From assembly GCA_963641945.1 (NCBI GenBank), contig CAVIDW010000003.1, forward strand, positions 16,874 through 80,873: a DNA stretch of 64,000 nt, given 5' to 3'. The notes below the pieces were generated by a model. It saw only the letters and a program-made list of their open reading frames with translations. It was not told where the DNA came from and made no database searches. A program made the translations under genes and the position numbers. The stretch comes from a bacterium. Its GTDB lineage: Bacteria; Bacillota_I; Bacilli_A; RF39; UBA660. This document shows, in pieces, positions 28,946-38,182 of the stretch. The number at the start of each line of letters is the position of its first letter. Position 1 is the first letter of the stretch.

Positions 28946-31435
28946 ATGAAGAAAGAAAATGAAAAAATACCATTTAATATTTTTTCTGAAAAGAATTTAA
29001 AGATACTTGCCATGACAGGTATTATAGTTGCAAGTCCATTTATTCTTGCAGGTTGCTCTGAAGGTAAAGATGGGTCTAATGGAGAAGATGGAACAAAAAT
29101 TTTAGCTGGTTTAAGTTATAACGAATTTACAGATGCTAAAGCAGGTGATTACTTTATTGACACTGATGACTATATTTTGTATACAAAGACTACAAACGAT
29201 TGGGAAGTTGTAATGAGAAACTTTGGAAAGCCTGGAACAAATGGAAAAGACGGTAAGGATGGACAAGATGGCACAAATGGAAAAGACGGTCAAACAGTAA
29301 CAGTTTCAATTAATAGTAAAGGTTATTGGGTTATTAATGGCAAAACAACAACTACAAAAGCAACTGGTAAAGACGGAAACACACCATATATTAATAGTGA
29401 TGGTTACTGGTATATTGGTAATACTTCAACTGGTGTTAAAGCACAAGGTGAACAAGGATCACAAGGCAATGTAGGCAAATCTGCTTTTGAACTTTATAAA
29501 GAAGAAAATCCTGAATTTAACGGTACACTTCAAGATTGGTTAGAATCTTTGAAAGGTCAAAGCGGAGAAAAAGGACAAGATGGTACAAGCGTATACATTG
29601 GTTATGATGGATATGTTTGGAATGGTAAAACAAAAACAAAATATAAATTGCAAACTGACGAAACAACTAAAACAAATGTTTTTGAAGATACAATTGAAGT
29701 ATCAAATGCAATGAAAAAATATTTTGATTATGAATATGTTGATTTATCATCAAATACTATTGCTTTAATGCAATATTACAAACCAAATGCTCAAATGACA
29801 ATTTATGGAAAAACTTTTGTAACTGAAATTCAGGTTGTAAGTGAAGAAGATGGCACTTTATATATTGGTAAGGCAAAAGTAAGTGATATAGTAAATGCAA
29901 GAACAAATGGAACCAAACTTAAAGCAACAACAACATCATATAATGTTTCAGCAGGAGAGAATACAATAAAATTTAATGCTCCTTTGGAACTTGCTGAAGG
30001 TGAAACACTTGTTTTAGGTGGAAGTGGTTCCACAGCAAAATTATATGTTGCAAAAAATATTCCAGAAAATGATGAAGTAGGAAACTTTACACTAATAAAT
30101 GGAAAAACAAATACAAGTATAATAAGTAAAACAGGTAAATATGCTGATACATTGGCTGTAATGGTAAAAGCAAAGGCTGTTGCTGAAACTGTAACTGCTA
30201 TATTTGAAAACTTTGATACAGAATATGTAGCTGATGATGTTACAGCAGCAGTTGTACTTGAATATGCACCATTCAAATATAATAGTTCTTATGATTCAAA
30301 CTTTTCTGGCCAAACTATAACAAAGATTGGTGCTTATATGGATGAAAATAATGCAGCAAGTGGTGAGAACCCATATATGACAGTATATAAAATTAAAACA
30401 TCAACAACAAGTAATTTCGCAGAAAATGCTCTACAAGAAGTCAAAGTTTACTTCCCTGAAAATGCTACCGAAGGTTCTTTAGTTTATGCAGATTGTAATA
30501 TTGTTTTAGGAGATGATGAAACAATTGCATTCGGTAAAAGTGATGATACATTTATTTGGAGATTTAAAGGAGTAAATAGTGGTGGCAATTTAATGAATAA
30601 TGATGGTACCCTAGGTCCAAAAGCAGCACTCGTATTTGATATTTATGGAAAGAAAACAATTGAAAAAGATTATGCTACACATTTAACAGAATTAAATGAA
30701 AAAGAATCAACTAAAGCTTTACAAAATGCATTAAAAGGTAAAAATTTATCAATTCTAGGTGATAGCATTTCTACATTTGATGGATATTCAAATGATAGTA
30801 CAAATACAAACTCTACAATTGGTAGTAACTATGTATCATATGGAACAAGTGGAAGAGATTTAACCCTTTCATCAGTTAATGATACATGGTGGATGCAAAC
30901 AGCTAATATAACAGGAATGAATGTATTAGTTAACAACTCTTATGGTGGAAGCAAAGTTACTGATACTTCTAATACTTCAGCAAATGCCTTAACTCGTGCA
31001 CAAAATCTTCATGATAATACTGGAAAAAATGCAAATACAAATCCTGATATAATTGCTGTTTATTTAGGAATAAATGATTTTATCAATAGAGTTTCAAGCA
31101 CAGATTTTGCTACTGCATATGATAAAATGATTGCACAAATTAGAACAACTTATGGAAAAAATGTTAAGATATTTGTATTCACACATGTTACTTATGGATC
31201 AGTTGGTGATAATAATGCAACACTATTAGCATATAACACTGCTATAAAAGAAACTGCAAGTAAATATAATTGCGTTGTAGTTGACTATGCAAATAGTGGA
31301 GTAAAAAGTTCTAACCTTTCAACATATATGCTAGATAGTTCTCATCTTCATCCAAATGAAAAAGGTATGGACATTATTTCCGATTGCTTCTTGGATGCAC
31401 TTAAAAAAACTTATGTAACAAATTCTGGTAATTAA
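28946..31435 (+). CDS. surface lipoprotein with collagen-like G-X-Y tracts and C-terminal SGNH/GDSL hydrolase domain
   Basis: Lipobox ILAGC. GKDGSNGEDG and GTNGKDGKDGQDGTNGKDGQ triplet runs. SAFELYKEENPEFNGTLQDWLESLKG, a tail-fibre-like motif. SGNH blocks GDSIS, GINDF and DSSHLHP. Confidence 0.75.
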   Translation: MKKENEKIPFNIFSEKNLKILAMTGIIVASPFILAGCSEGKDGSNGEDGTKILAGLSYNEFTDAKAGDYFIDTDDYILYTKTTNDWEVVMRNFGKPGTNGKDGKDGQDGTNGKDGQTVTVSINSKGYWVINGKTTTTKATGKDGNTPYINSDGYWYIGNTSTGVKAQGEQGSQGNVGKSAFELYKEENPEFNGTLQDWLESLKGQSGEKGQDGTSVYIGYDGYVWNGKTKTKYKLQTDETTKTNVFEDTIEVSNAMKKYFDYEYVDLSSNTIALMQYYKPNAQMTIYGKTFVTEIQVVSEEDGTLYIGKAKVSDIVNARTNGTKLKATTTSYNVSAGENTIKFNAPLELAEGETLVLGGSGSTAKLYVAKNIPENDEVGNFTLINGKTNTSIISKTGKYADTLAVMVKAKAVAETVTAIFENFDTEYVADDVTAAVVLEYAPFKYNSSYDSNFSGQTITKIGAYMDENNAASGENPYMTVYKIKTSTTSNFAENALQEVKVYFPENATEGSLVYADCNIVLGDDETIAFGKSDDTFIWRFKGVNSGGNLMNNDGTLGPKAALVFDIYGKKTIEKDYATHLTELNEKESTKALQNALKGKNLSILGDSISTFDGYSNDSTNTNSTIGSNYVSYGTSGRDLTLSSVNDTWWMQTANITGMNVLVNNSYGGSKVTDTSNTSANALTRAQNLHDNTGKNANTNPDIIAVYLGINDFINRVSSTDFATAYDKMIAQIRTTYGKNVKIFVFTHVTYGSVGDNNATLLAYNTAIKETASKYNCVVVDYANSGVKSSNLSTYMLDSSHLHPNEKGMDIISDCFLDALKKTYVTNSGN

Positions 31436-31484
31436 ATAATAAAACTGAAAATACAAAAGTAGTTTGGTTTTAGATATTCTTGTT

Positions 31485-31511
31485 AAGATAGCATGAAAAT
31501 GCTATCTTTTT
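31485..31511 (+). terminator. intrinsic terminator
   Basis: Stem AAGATAGCAT / ATGCTATCTT with a GAAA loop and a T run. Confidence 0.8.
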
Positions 31512-31620
31512 GTGAGAAAAAATAATAAAGAATCTATTAAAATATTTTATCTCACATAGAAAATTGAATTAGTGCTAGCTAGAAAATAGAGGTATAGCAT
31601 GAGAGCATTAAATAAATTAA

Positions 31621-32091
31621 AGCAGGATTATTGATTATGAAAACAAATTTAAAAGTGAAAATTATAAAACACATAAACAAGTTTTAAATAATGAGAAAGA
31701 TTGGATAATAACTGATAATCATCATAAAGAATTAGTGTCTGAAGAGATATTTGAGAAAGTACAATTAATGATGAAAAAGTCTAATGATTCAAAAGATATA
31801 TTTTCTGGTTATTTAAAATGTGCTGATTGTAAAAGTGCTATGTACTTAAAATCTGGTAAAAACAAAAATTATTATTGTGGTAGAAATAGAATTTATGGAG
31901 TATGTTCAAATCATTCTATAAGAGAAGAATATATTAAAAATGAATTATTAGAACAATTAAATTTAAGAAATATTGATGGTAAGAAATTTAATAAATTAAC
32001 AAGAAATACAATAGTGAAATATGTAGATAATATATATGTTAATGAAGACAAGACTTTAGAAATAGTCTTAAAGTATGAAAATAAAATTTAA
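31621..32091 (+). pseudogene. large serine recombinase, C-terminal fragment only (mobile-element remnant)
   Basis: The frame is open from 31621 with no start codon. It reads ..KDWIITDNHHKELVSEEIFEKVQ.., then a Zn-ribbon (CADCKSAMYLKSGKNKNYYCG..GVCSNH) and a C-terminal tail. The catalytic resolvase domain is absent. Confidence 0.7.
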
Positions 32092-32139
32092 ATTATGATA
32101 TAATAAAAAGGTAATTTTACGTATGAGGAGTTGATATAA

Positions 32140-33012
32140 ATGAAAGAAAACAATGAGGCGTTGCAAAAAAGCCAAATAAACTGGTATCCAGGACATATGG
32201 CTAAAACAAGAAGAGAAATAATGGATGTTATATCACTAATAGATGTAGTAATTGAAGTTATTGATTCAAGAATACCATGCAGTTCTAGAATACCTGATTT
32301 AAATAAAGTAACTAGAGAAAAACAAAATATAATTGTATTTAATAAATATGATTTATGTGACAAAGAAGAAACTAATAAATGGATTAGTAAATATCAAAGT
32401 GAAGGATATATTTGCGTTACTTGTGATTCAAAGAATTCTAATGACTATAAAAAGGTAATAAGTGAAGTAAATGTTTTAATGAGCAAAGTTAATCAAAAAA
32501 GATTATTAAAAGGCTTGTTGCCTAAAAAAGCTAAATGTCTTGTTATTGGTGTTCCTAATGTTGGAAAGAGTACATTAATTAATAAATTAGCTGGTAGAAA
32601 TATAGTAGGAGTAGGTAACAAACCAGGGGTAACTAAACAATTAAGTACTATAAAAATAAATGAATTTATGGATCTGGTAGATACTCCAGGAATTCTATGG
32701 CCTAAATTTAATAGTCAAGAGTTAGCTTTAAATTTAGCAAGTATGACAATCATTAAAGAAGAAATATTAACTATTGAAGAAGTTGCTATTCATATATTAA
32801 AGAAATTAGATATGTTCTATAAAGATATATTAAAAAAAGAATTTGGAATATCTTACTATAATGATGATGAAGTAGAAGAACTATTTGAAATAATTTCTAA
32901 ATATAAAAACATTCCTGTAAATGGAGAAGTTAATTATGAAAGAGTAAGTACTTTAATAGTAAATACAATCAAACAAGAAAAGATAAAAAACATCACATTT
33001 GATAGATTATAA
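32140..33012 (+). CDS. rbgA: ribosome biogenesis GTPase A (YlqF/RbgA)
   Basis: INWYPGHMAKT, circularly permuted G motifs NKYDL .. GVPNVGKSTLIN .. DTPG. Confidence 0.9.
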   Translation: MKENNEALQKSQINWYPGHMAKTRREIMDVISLIDVVIEVIDSRIPCSSRIPDLNKVTREKQNIIVFNKYDLCDKEETNKWISKYQSEGYICVTCDSKNSNDYKKVISEVNVLMSKVNQKRLLKGLLPKKAKCLVIGVPNVGKSTLINKLAGRNIVGVGNKPGVTKQLSTIKINEFMDLVDTPGILWPKFNSQELALNLASMTIIKEEILTIEEVAIHILKKLDMFYKDILKKEFGISYYNDDEVEELFEIISKYKNIPVNGEVNYERVSTLIVNTIKQEKIKNITFDRL

Positions 33013-33016
33013 AAAT

Positions 33017-33040
33017 AAGCACATAATTATATATGTGCTT
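33017..33040. terminator. bidirectional hairpin between convergent genes
   Basis: A 9-bp stem (AAGCACATA / TATGTGCTT) with a 6-nt loop. A/T runs flank it on both sides. Confidence 0.6.
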
Positions 33041-33068
33041 TTAATGTACAAAAAAACATAACTTTTAA

Positions 33069-33680
33069 TTATGCTTTTTGTTCGAAACTTATATTCGCAT
33101 TGATTTTAAATGAATCTGCACTATTAGTGGCGTTAGTATCACTTTCGTCATTCATTTGTTCATTTTCACCTTCATACCATTCAAAATATACTCTAATGGT
33201 AAATGGTTTAAAACTGAAGTTTTCTGTTGTATTATCAAAATCTAATGTGTTTGTTATGCTTGTTCCTTCTAAGTTGATTACTTCTAATTCATCTCCTTCA
33301 GTATAATCATCAGGAATAATAGAGTATTTAGTAATCATCAAATCAGGAATGTTTTCATTTTCTATTGATAGGTTAATTGTATAATTAAATGATACTTCTA
33401 CATTAGACGGATCAATATCGATATCAAAGTGCCCCTTAGATGTTGGTGCAACTGTATTTGATTTGATATTATTATTTGCTTCAATAACAGGTTCAAAACT
33501 TATTTCAGAACTATTACCAGCAGTTATATCATTTTGATTAACCAAGATTTGCCATTTAGCAAATAAAATATCAATATTACCAGTTGTTCCAGATACATAT
33601 CTTGAATAAGTATTGCTCATTAAACACATTGAAATTGAGGCAGAAATTAATAAAAATAGAAAACAAATTTTCTTTGCCAT
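33069..33680 (-). CDS. TasA/camelysin-like secreted protein with SipW-cognate-type signal peptide
   Basis: I prefer the start MAKKICF, which has an AGGAG RBS. The signal ends ..NTYS/RYVSGTT. The beta-rich body ends ..INANISFEQKA, comparable to the TasA C-terminal FSFEATQ. Confidence 0.6.
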   Translation of the reverse strand: MAKKICFLFLLISASISMCLMSNTYSRYVSGTTGNIDILFAKWQILVNQNDITAGNSSEISFEPVIEANNNIKSNTVAPTSKGHFDIDIDPSNVEVSFNYTINLSIENENIPDLMITKYSIIPDDYTEGDELEVINLEGTSITNTLDFDNTTENFSFKPFTIRVYFEWYEGENEQMNDESDTNATNSADSFKINANISFEQKA

Positions 33681-33840
33681 ATAAGTCCCTTTTCTCCTTT
33701 TTTCTAATCTAATTATAAAATCATATGGTTTTGCTCTCAATATTTCGAAATCAATATTACACTAAACTTTACATTAATTTTGAAAAACAAAGTGTAAAAT
33801 TGAAGTTAATCTATATGTAAAACAAAAAACATAATTATGA

Positions 33841-33870
33841 TTGACAATTATTATCTTTTACGTGTATAAT
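33841..33870 (+). promoter_or_regulatory. sigma-A-like promoter for the 33915 gene cluster
   Basis: TTGACA (33841-33846), an 18-nt spacer and TATAAT (33865-33870). Confidence 0.55.
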
Positions 33871-33914
33871 TGTAATGTAAAATAGATAAGAATATTATTA
33901 TAGAGGTTATGACT

Positions 33915-34631
33915 ATGAAGAAAGAAATTACCGTTGGTGTTGATAAAGTTAAAAGAAGAAAAAGAATTAAAAAGATAGCCAAGCTTATCATATTAATATT
34001 ATTTATACTTCTAATTTTACTTTACTTTGTTATGGGTATAATATATAACAATGGAAATTTCAGCATAACGCTTGATAAGAACCTTTATTTTGAAAGAGGA
34101 ATAATCATGTATGATGATCCGACTTACAAAGTATATAGGGAAGAACTACAAGCCCCGGCAGTTGATTATTTTGATAATATATCATATAAATGGTTGCCAG
34201 ATGATATAGATGAAATAGATGGCTCTCATAATGGTAAAAATTATGTTGCTTATACATTTTACGTAGAAAATACAGGTACTGATACATCAGACTACTGGAC
34301 AGAAATAATAATTGACGATGTTGTTAAAAATGTAGATGAAGCCGTAAGAATAAGAATATATAAAAATGGTGAGTATGTAACTTATGCTAAAATTGGTTCT
34401 AATGGTCAACCTGAAAAAAATACAGTTGCATTTGAAAGCAATGATTTAGTTGCAATGAATCATATTGAAAATTTTGGTCCAGGCCAAGTTGACAAATATA
34501 CAATTGTAATGTGGGTTGAAGGAAGCGATCCAGAATGTACAGATAATATTCTTGGGGGAGAAATTAAAGTACATATGGAATTTAATTCAGAATTTGTAGA
34601 AGTTGTAGGAAAAGAGAAGAAAAAAGATTAA
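33915..34631 (+). CDS. membrane-anchored protein sharing the core fold signature of the 36623/38183/39897 family
   Basis: N-terminal Lys-rich segment plus a TM helix. YVAYTFYVENTGT and KYTIVMWVEGSDPECTDNILGGEIKVHMEF parallel YVAFDLFVKNFSG and IRVYIYIEGQDIDNYDL..ISVAFGF in the paralogues. Confidence 0.55.
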   Translation: MKKEITVGVDKVKRRKRIKKIAKLIILILFILLILLYFVMGIIYNNGNFSITLDKNLYFERGIIMYDDPTYKVYREELQAPAVDYFDNISYKWLPDDIDEIDGSHNGKNYVAYTFYVENTGTDTSDYWTEIIIDDVVKNVDEAVRIRIYKNGEYVTYAKIGSNGQPEKNTVAFESNDLVAMNHIENFGPGQVDKYTIVMWVEGSDPECTDNILGGEIKVHMEFNSEFVEVVGKEKKKD

Positions 34632-34647
34632 AAAGGAGAAAAAGAAT

Positions 34648-34785
34648 ATGGAAGAGAGTACAATTAATTTCGATATTTCTAAATTAACACTTAAAGAGTT
34701 AATAGAAGTATATGAAAAAATAAATTTATTTATAAAATACTTAGAAGATAATAGACTAGAACAAGAAGGAGAAAAACATGAATAA
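34648..34785 (+). CDS. 45-aa acidic micro-protein, translationally coupled to the next gene
   Basis: AAAGGAGAA RBS with a 7-nt spacer to the ATG. The stop overlaps the downstream ATG (ATGAATAA). Not in the ORF track. Confidence 0.4.
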   Translation: MEESTINFDISKLTLKELIEVYEKINLFIKYLEDNRLEQEGEKHE

Positions 34786-36400
34786 CTTTTTAGATTTTAT
34801 AAACGAAGATATAGAAGCAAAAAAAACTTTATTATCCTCTATGCCTACAAACAACAAAACAAATGTAAAAAAATATAACGAAAAAATAGACTCGACCATT
34901 GAAACATATAATGAATACAAAGAAAATATAAAAAAATATTTAAAAGCTAAGTCAGAAACATTTGAAGAAAAAGAAAAGAAAGACTCAAAAGATATAGAAT
35001 CATTAAAAAAGAAAGTAAAAGCATTAAAACATTTAGTTGTAATTTTGAATCCATTAAATACATATATAGAAAAATTAGAAATAGATGATTTAATGTTTGA
35101 CATTAAAAACTATTCAAGTATTTCTTTTGATAAATTAAATGAAATATTTAATACTTTAATAGATATATTTGCTTCTGCTGATATAAAACTTGAAAGTGAA
35201 AACTTTAATACAACTTATTATGTTCAAAAATATATGTCAGCATTATTTAAAATAAGAAATCAAAAATCTAAAGATTATAGTGAACTATCAGATACATTTG
35301 AAAAAATATATTGGTTTAATCCAGAAATTATAGAGCATATAGAATTGAATTTTAGAATATTATTAAAGAAAAATGATAAACAATTTAAAATATATATATC
35401 AAAATTAACAAAAAAATTAATGGAAGAATATAATATAGAAGATTACGAAGATGCAAAAAAGAAATATAAAGAAGCGTATAATGAATTAGAAAACTCACAA
35501 AAAGAAGATGTAAATGATCTTATAGATTTAGCAAAAAAAGGTACGATTGATATAAAAAATTATTTTGAGGATAGCAAATATAGAATTTCAACTTATGAAG
35601 CATTAATTATTAATCAGGAAAATAATGATGAGAGTAGATTTTATAAATCACTTGAAAAATTAAAACAAAATGCCTTGGAATATCGCAATTACACAAATTA
35701 CAAAGTGGTTTTTGATAATTTTAAAGAAGAATATCCAGTTACAACAAAAGAATTTGATAGTAGTAAACTAAAAGAATTAGAAACTAGTATTAATGAAAAA
35801 GAAGAAGAATTAGAAAAAATAAATAAAAAGATTTTTGCTAAAGATGGAAAAGAAGAAAAAAAGATTTTTGAATTTGCATCTAAAAAGAATGAAGAATCAT
35901 TAAAAAAATTGAAAATTGAATCTGTTAAAATAGCAAAAGAAATATATGATCTATATCAAGTATATGATAAAGAAAAAATCAAAGAAATGATTACGCCAAA
36001 TATAAGCAGTACAACTTTAATAGATGATGTATTAAAAATATATGCAAGTTTTAATTATTATAGAAAGAATGCTATAGAAAAAGCATTAAAAATTGATAAT
36101 TATAATGAGTTATTAATTGAAGACAAAAAATTTAAAGATTTTGCAGCTAACCCAAATAATATCGTTATAAATGGAATTTATTTATATGAAGAAAGTGATG
36201 TACCTAAAATAATTACAAATAAATATAGATTTGAAAATATAAATGTTCATGAAGATGAAGTATCTGATAATATAGATGCACTTTTAGAAAAAATAAATTT
36301 TGCACTAAGAGTAAATGTTATAAATAATGGTGAGTTAAATGTAGAAAAAATATGGTTTATTAAAGAAGTAGACTCATTATTAAATAATACGAAAAAATAG
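34778..36400 (+). CDS. 540-aa Lys/Glu-rich, predicted cytoplasmic coiled-coil protein, unknown function
   Basis: No signal peptide or TM helix. Strong heptad-like K/E/L content. I recognised no family motif. Confidence 0.55.
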   Translation: MNNFLDFINEDIEAKKTLLSSMPTNNKTNVKKYNEKIDSTIETYNEYKENIKKYLKAKSETFEEKEKKDSKDIESLKKKVKALKHLVVILNPLNTYIEKLEIDDLMFDIKNYSSISFDKLNEIFNTLIDIFASADIKLESENFNTTYYVQKYMSALFKIRNQKSKDYSELSDTFEKIYWFNPEIIEHIELNFRILLKKNDKQFKIYISKLTKKLMEEYNIEDYEDAKKKYKEAYNELENSQKEDVNDLIDLAKKGTIDIKNYFEDSKYRISTYEALIINQENNDESRFYKSLEKLKQNALEYRNYTNYKVVFDNFKEEYPVTTKEFDSSKLKELETSINEKEEELEKINKKIFAKDGKEEKKIFEFASKKNEESLKKLKIESVKIAKEIYDLYQVYDKEKIKEMITPNISSTTLIDDVLKIYASFNYYRKNAIEKALKIDNYNELLIEDKKFKDFAANPNNIVINGIYLYEESDVPKIITNKYRFENINVHEDEVSDNIDALLEKINFALRVNVINNGELNVEKIWFIKEVDSLLNNTKK

Positions 36401-36418
36401 TTTTAAAACTATTTTTTT
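36394..36418 (+). terminator. AT-rich palindromic terminator
   Basis: The AAAATAGTTTT/AAAACTATTTT palindrome overlaps the stop and is followed by a T run. Confidence 0.5.
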
Positions 36419-36467
36419 ATATGTAAAAAAATTAATAACATAATTCTACAAAAATCGATTTTTGGAA

Positions 36468-36496
36468 TTGACTTTTAATTATTCATATAATATAAT
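36468..36496 (+). promoter_or_regulatory. sigma-A-like promoter upstream of the major TasA-like paralogues
   Basis: TTGACT (36468-36473), a 17-nt spacer and TATAAT (36491-36496). It would give a roughly 120-nt leader. Confidence 0.55.
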
Positions 36497-36622
36497 TTAT
36501 ATATAATATGACAGTAAGAATAAAATGACTGTTGTATAATTGTGTAAGTAAAATTAAAAATATTATTCTAGAGAATATTTTTATTTTGCAAATTTAGTTA
36601 GTAAAGGAGAAGGAAAGATAGT

Positions 36623-38107
36623 ATGGCTAAAAAGAACAAAAAATACACAAAAAGAGTAAAGAATCTTGTTGTTATTTGTACACTTAGTTCATTAGTATTT
36701 ATCGTTACAACATTTGCATGGTTTATTGGTATGCGTACTGTTAACGTTTCTACTTTTGATGTATCAATTGCAACTACAGATTCATTATTACTATCATTAG
36801 ATGGTAAAAAATGGGATACTACTGTTTCAATTAACAGTACAAACTACAACGATACAGTAGATACTGTATATGTTGGAAATGCCAATACATGGAGTGATGG
36901 TGGATTAATTCCAATGTCTTCAATTGGCGAGATGGATGCAACAGCATCAAGAATGAAACTTTATCAAAAAGCTAGTTTAACTAAAACAGCAGGTGGCTAT
37001 AGATTAATGGCTAGCCGTGTTGATAATCACACAACGACTGTTGATGGCTTAAATTGGCAATACAATGAAGCAAAAGGATATGTTGCTTTTGACTTATTTG
37101 TTAAAAACTTCTCAGGGGTAGAATATTATACAGAAAATAATGAGGCTAATGAAGAGTCAATTTATTTAACTACTGATTCAGAAGTTAAGGTTGCAGCTGA
37201 TGGAGTAGCAAATACTGGTATTGAAAACTCAGTGAGAATTGCGTTTGCTCAAATTGGTAGAGTAATTGCAACAACAAGTGATCCTACTACAATTACAAGC
37301 ATTACATGTAATGGAGGAGGAAGTGTTACTGGAATTTGCCGTACTGCTCAAATTTGGGAACCAAATGAAGATAAACACGTAGCTGGAGCAATTAGCTATT
37401 ACAATACTTCTTGTAAAAAGAGAACGGGAGATAATGTCTTTACTGATGGAACTTATAGTGGAACATGCGGAACCGTTAATAATGATACAGCATATCCAAC
37501 ATATGCAATTGCTAAAGAAATTGCAGATGGAACGGTTGTTGATGTATATGATGGAGAAAAATATAATGGTTATACAACAACATCAACTGGTGCTGAAGCA
37601 TATTTGAATGCATATGATACATTCACAGATGCTGAAAAAATGGAACAAGGTGTACTTAGAAATGAATTTCTTACTTTAGCACCAAATAGTATTACTAAAA
37701 TTAGAGTTTATATCTATATTGAAGGACAAGATATTGACAACTATGATTTAGCATCTATTGGAAAGAAAATATCAGTTGCATTTGGATTTACTAAAGATAG
37801 ATTTGATTATAGTGAAGATGATGAATATCTTGCTAATGTTGTAGCAAATGATACAACTGCACCAACAATTACAATTATTAGAGATGATTTTGCTGAGGAT
37901 ACATTAACATTAGCTTTAAATGCTACATTTAATGCTCTAGATGGTGTAACTGCAACTGATGCTGAAGAAGGAGATATTACTGCAAGAGTTAGCGTTGTAA
38001 ATAATACTGTTAATACAGCAAAAGCTGGAGATTATATTGTTTCATACATAGTAAGTGACTGGGCAGGAAATTATACACAAAAAGATATTGCTGTCAAAGT
38101 ACAATAA
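36623..38107 (+). CDS. secreted TasA-like family protein with SipW-cognate-type signal and C-terminal bacterial Ig-like (DUF5011-like) domain
   Basis: The signal reads ..IVTTFA/WFIGMRTVNV. Conserved Cys pairs are present, along with IRVYIYIEGQDIDNYDL. The C-terminus (PTITII..LDGVTATDAEEGDIT..AGDYIVSYIVSDWAGN) resembles a DUF5011-type Ig domain. Confidence 0.65.
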   Translation: MAKKNKKYTKRVKNLVVICTLSSLVFIVTTFAWFIGMRTVNVSTFDVSIATTDSLLLSLDGKKWDTTVSINSTNYNDTVDTVYVGNANTWSDGGLIPMSSIGEMDATASRMKLYQKASLTKTAGGYRLMASRVDNHTTTVDGLNWQYNEAKGYVAFDLFVKNFSGVEYYTENNEANEESIYLTTDSEVKVAADGVANTGIENSVRIAFAQIGRVIATTSDPTTITSITCNGGGSVTGICRTAQIWEPNEDKHVAGAISYYNTSCKKRTGDNVFTDGTYSGTCGTVNNDTAYPTYAIAKEIADGTVVDVYDGEKYNGYTTTSTGAEAYLNAYDTFTDAEKMEQGVLRNEFLTLAPNSITKIRVYIYIEGQDIDNYDLASIGKKISVAFGFTKDRFDYSEDDEYLANVVANDTTAPTITIIRDDFAEDTLTLALNATFNALDGVTATDAEEGDITARVSVVNNTVNTAKAGDYIVSYIVSDWAGNYTQKDIAVKVQ

Positions 38108-38131
38108 AAACAATAAATTATAAAATAAATG

Positions 38132-38159
38132 GTAAAGAGTAAATAAAATTACTCTTTAC
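38132..38159 (+). other. 11-bp hairpin between the two tandem paralogues (possible partial terminator/processing site)
   Basis: GTAAAGAGTAA / TTACTCTTTAC with a 6-nt loop and no clear U tract. Confidence 0.4.
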
Positions 38160-38182
38160 TAAAATATATGAAAGGAAAAAAT

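Noticed and set aside
31512-31560. Inverted repeat TGTGAGA...TCTCACA (with a ~32-nt spacer) and a CTAGCTAG palindrome near the recombinase fragment, as possible att/IR ends.
   Set aside because: The repeats are short (7-8 bp) and I found no matching partner near the proposed left island boundary. This is insufficient evidence.
28946-32091. Collagen/tail-fibre-like lipoprotein plus serine recombinase fragment interpreted as a prophage.
   Set aside because: The window contains no capsid, portal, terminase, tail tube or lysis genes. The recombinase lacks its catalytic domain. At most this is a highly eroded remnant.
36556-36582. A/T-only 9-bp hairpin (AAAAATATT..AATATTTTT) in the leader of the 36623 gene, as a possible attenuator.
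   Set aside because: The stem is made solely of A-T pairs and would be very unstable. Such symmetry is common in DNA this AT-rich.
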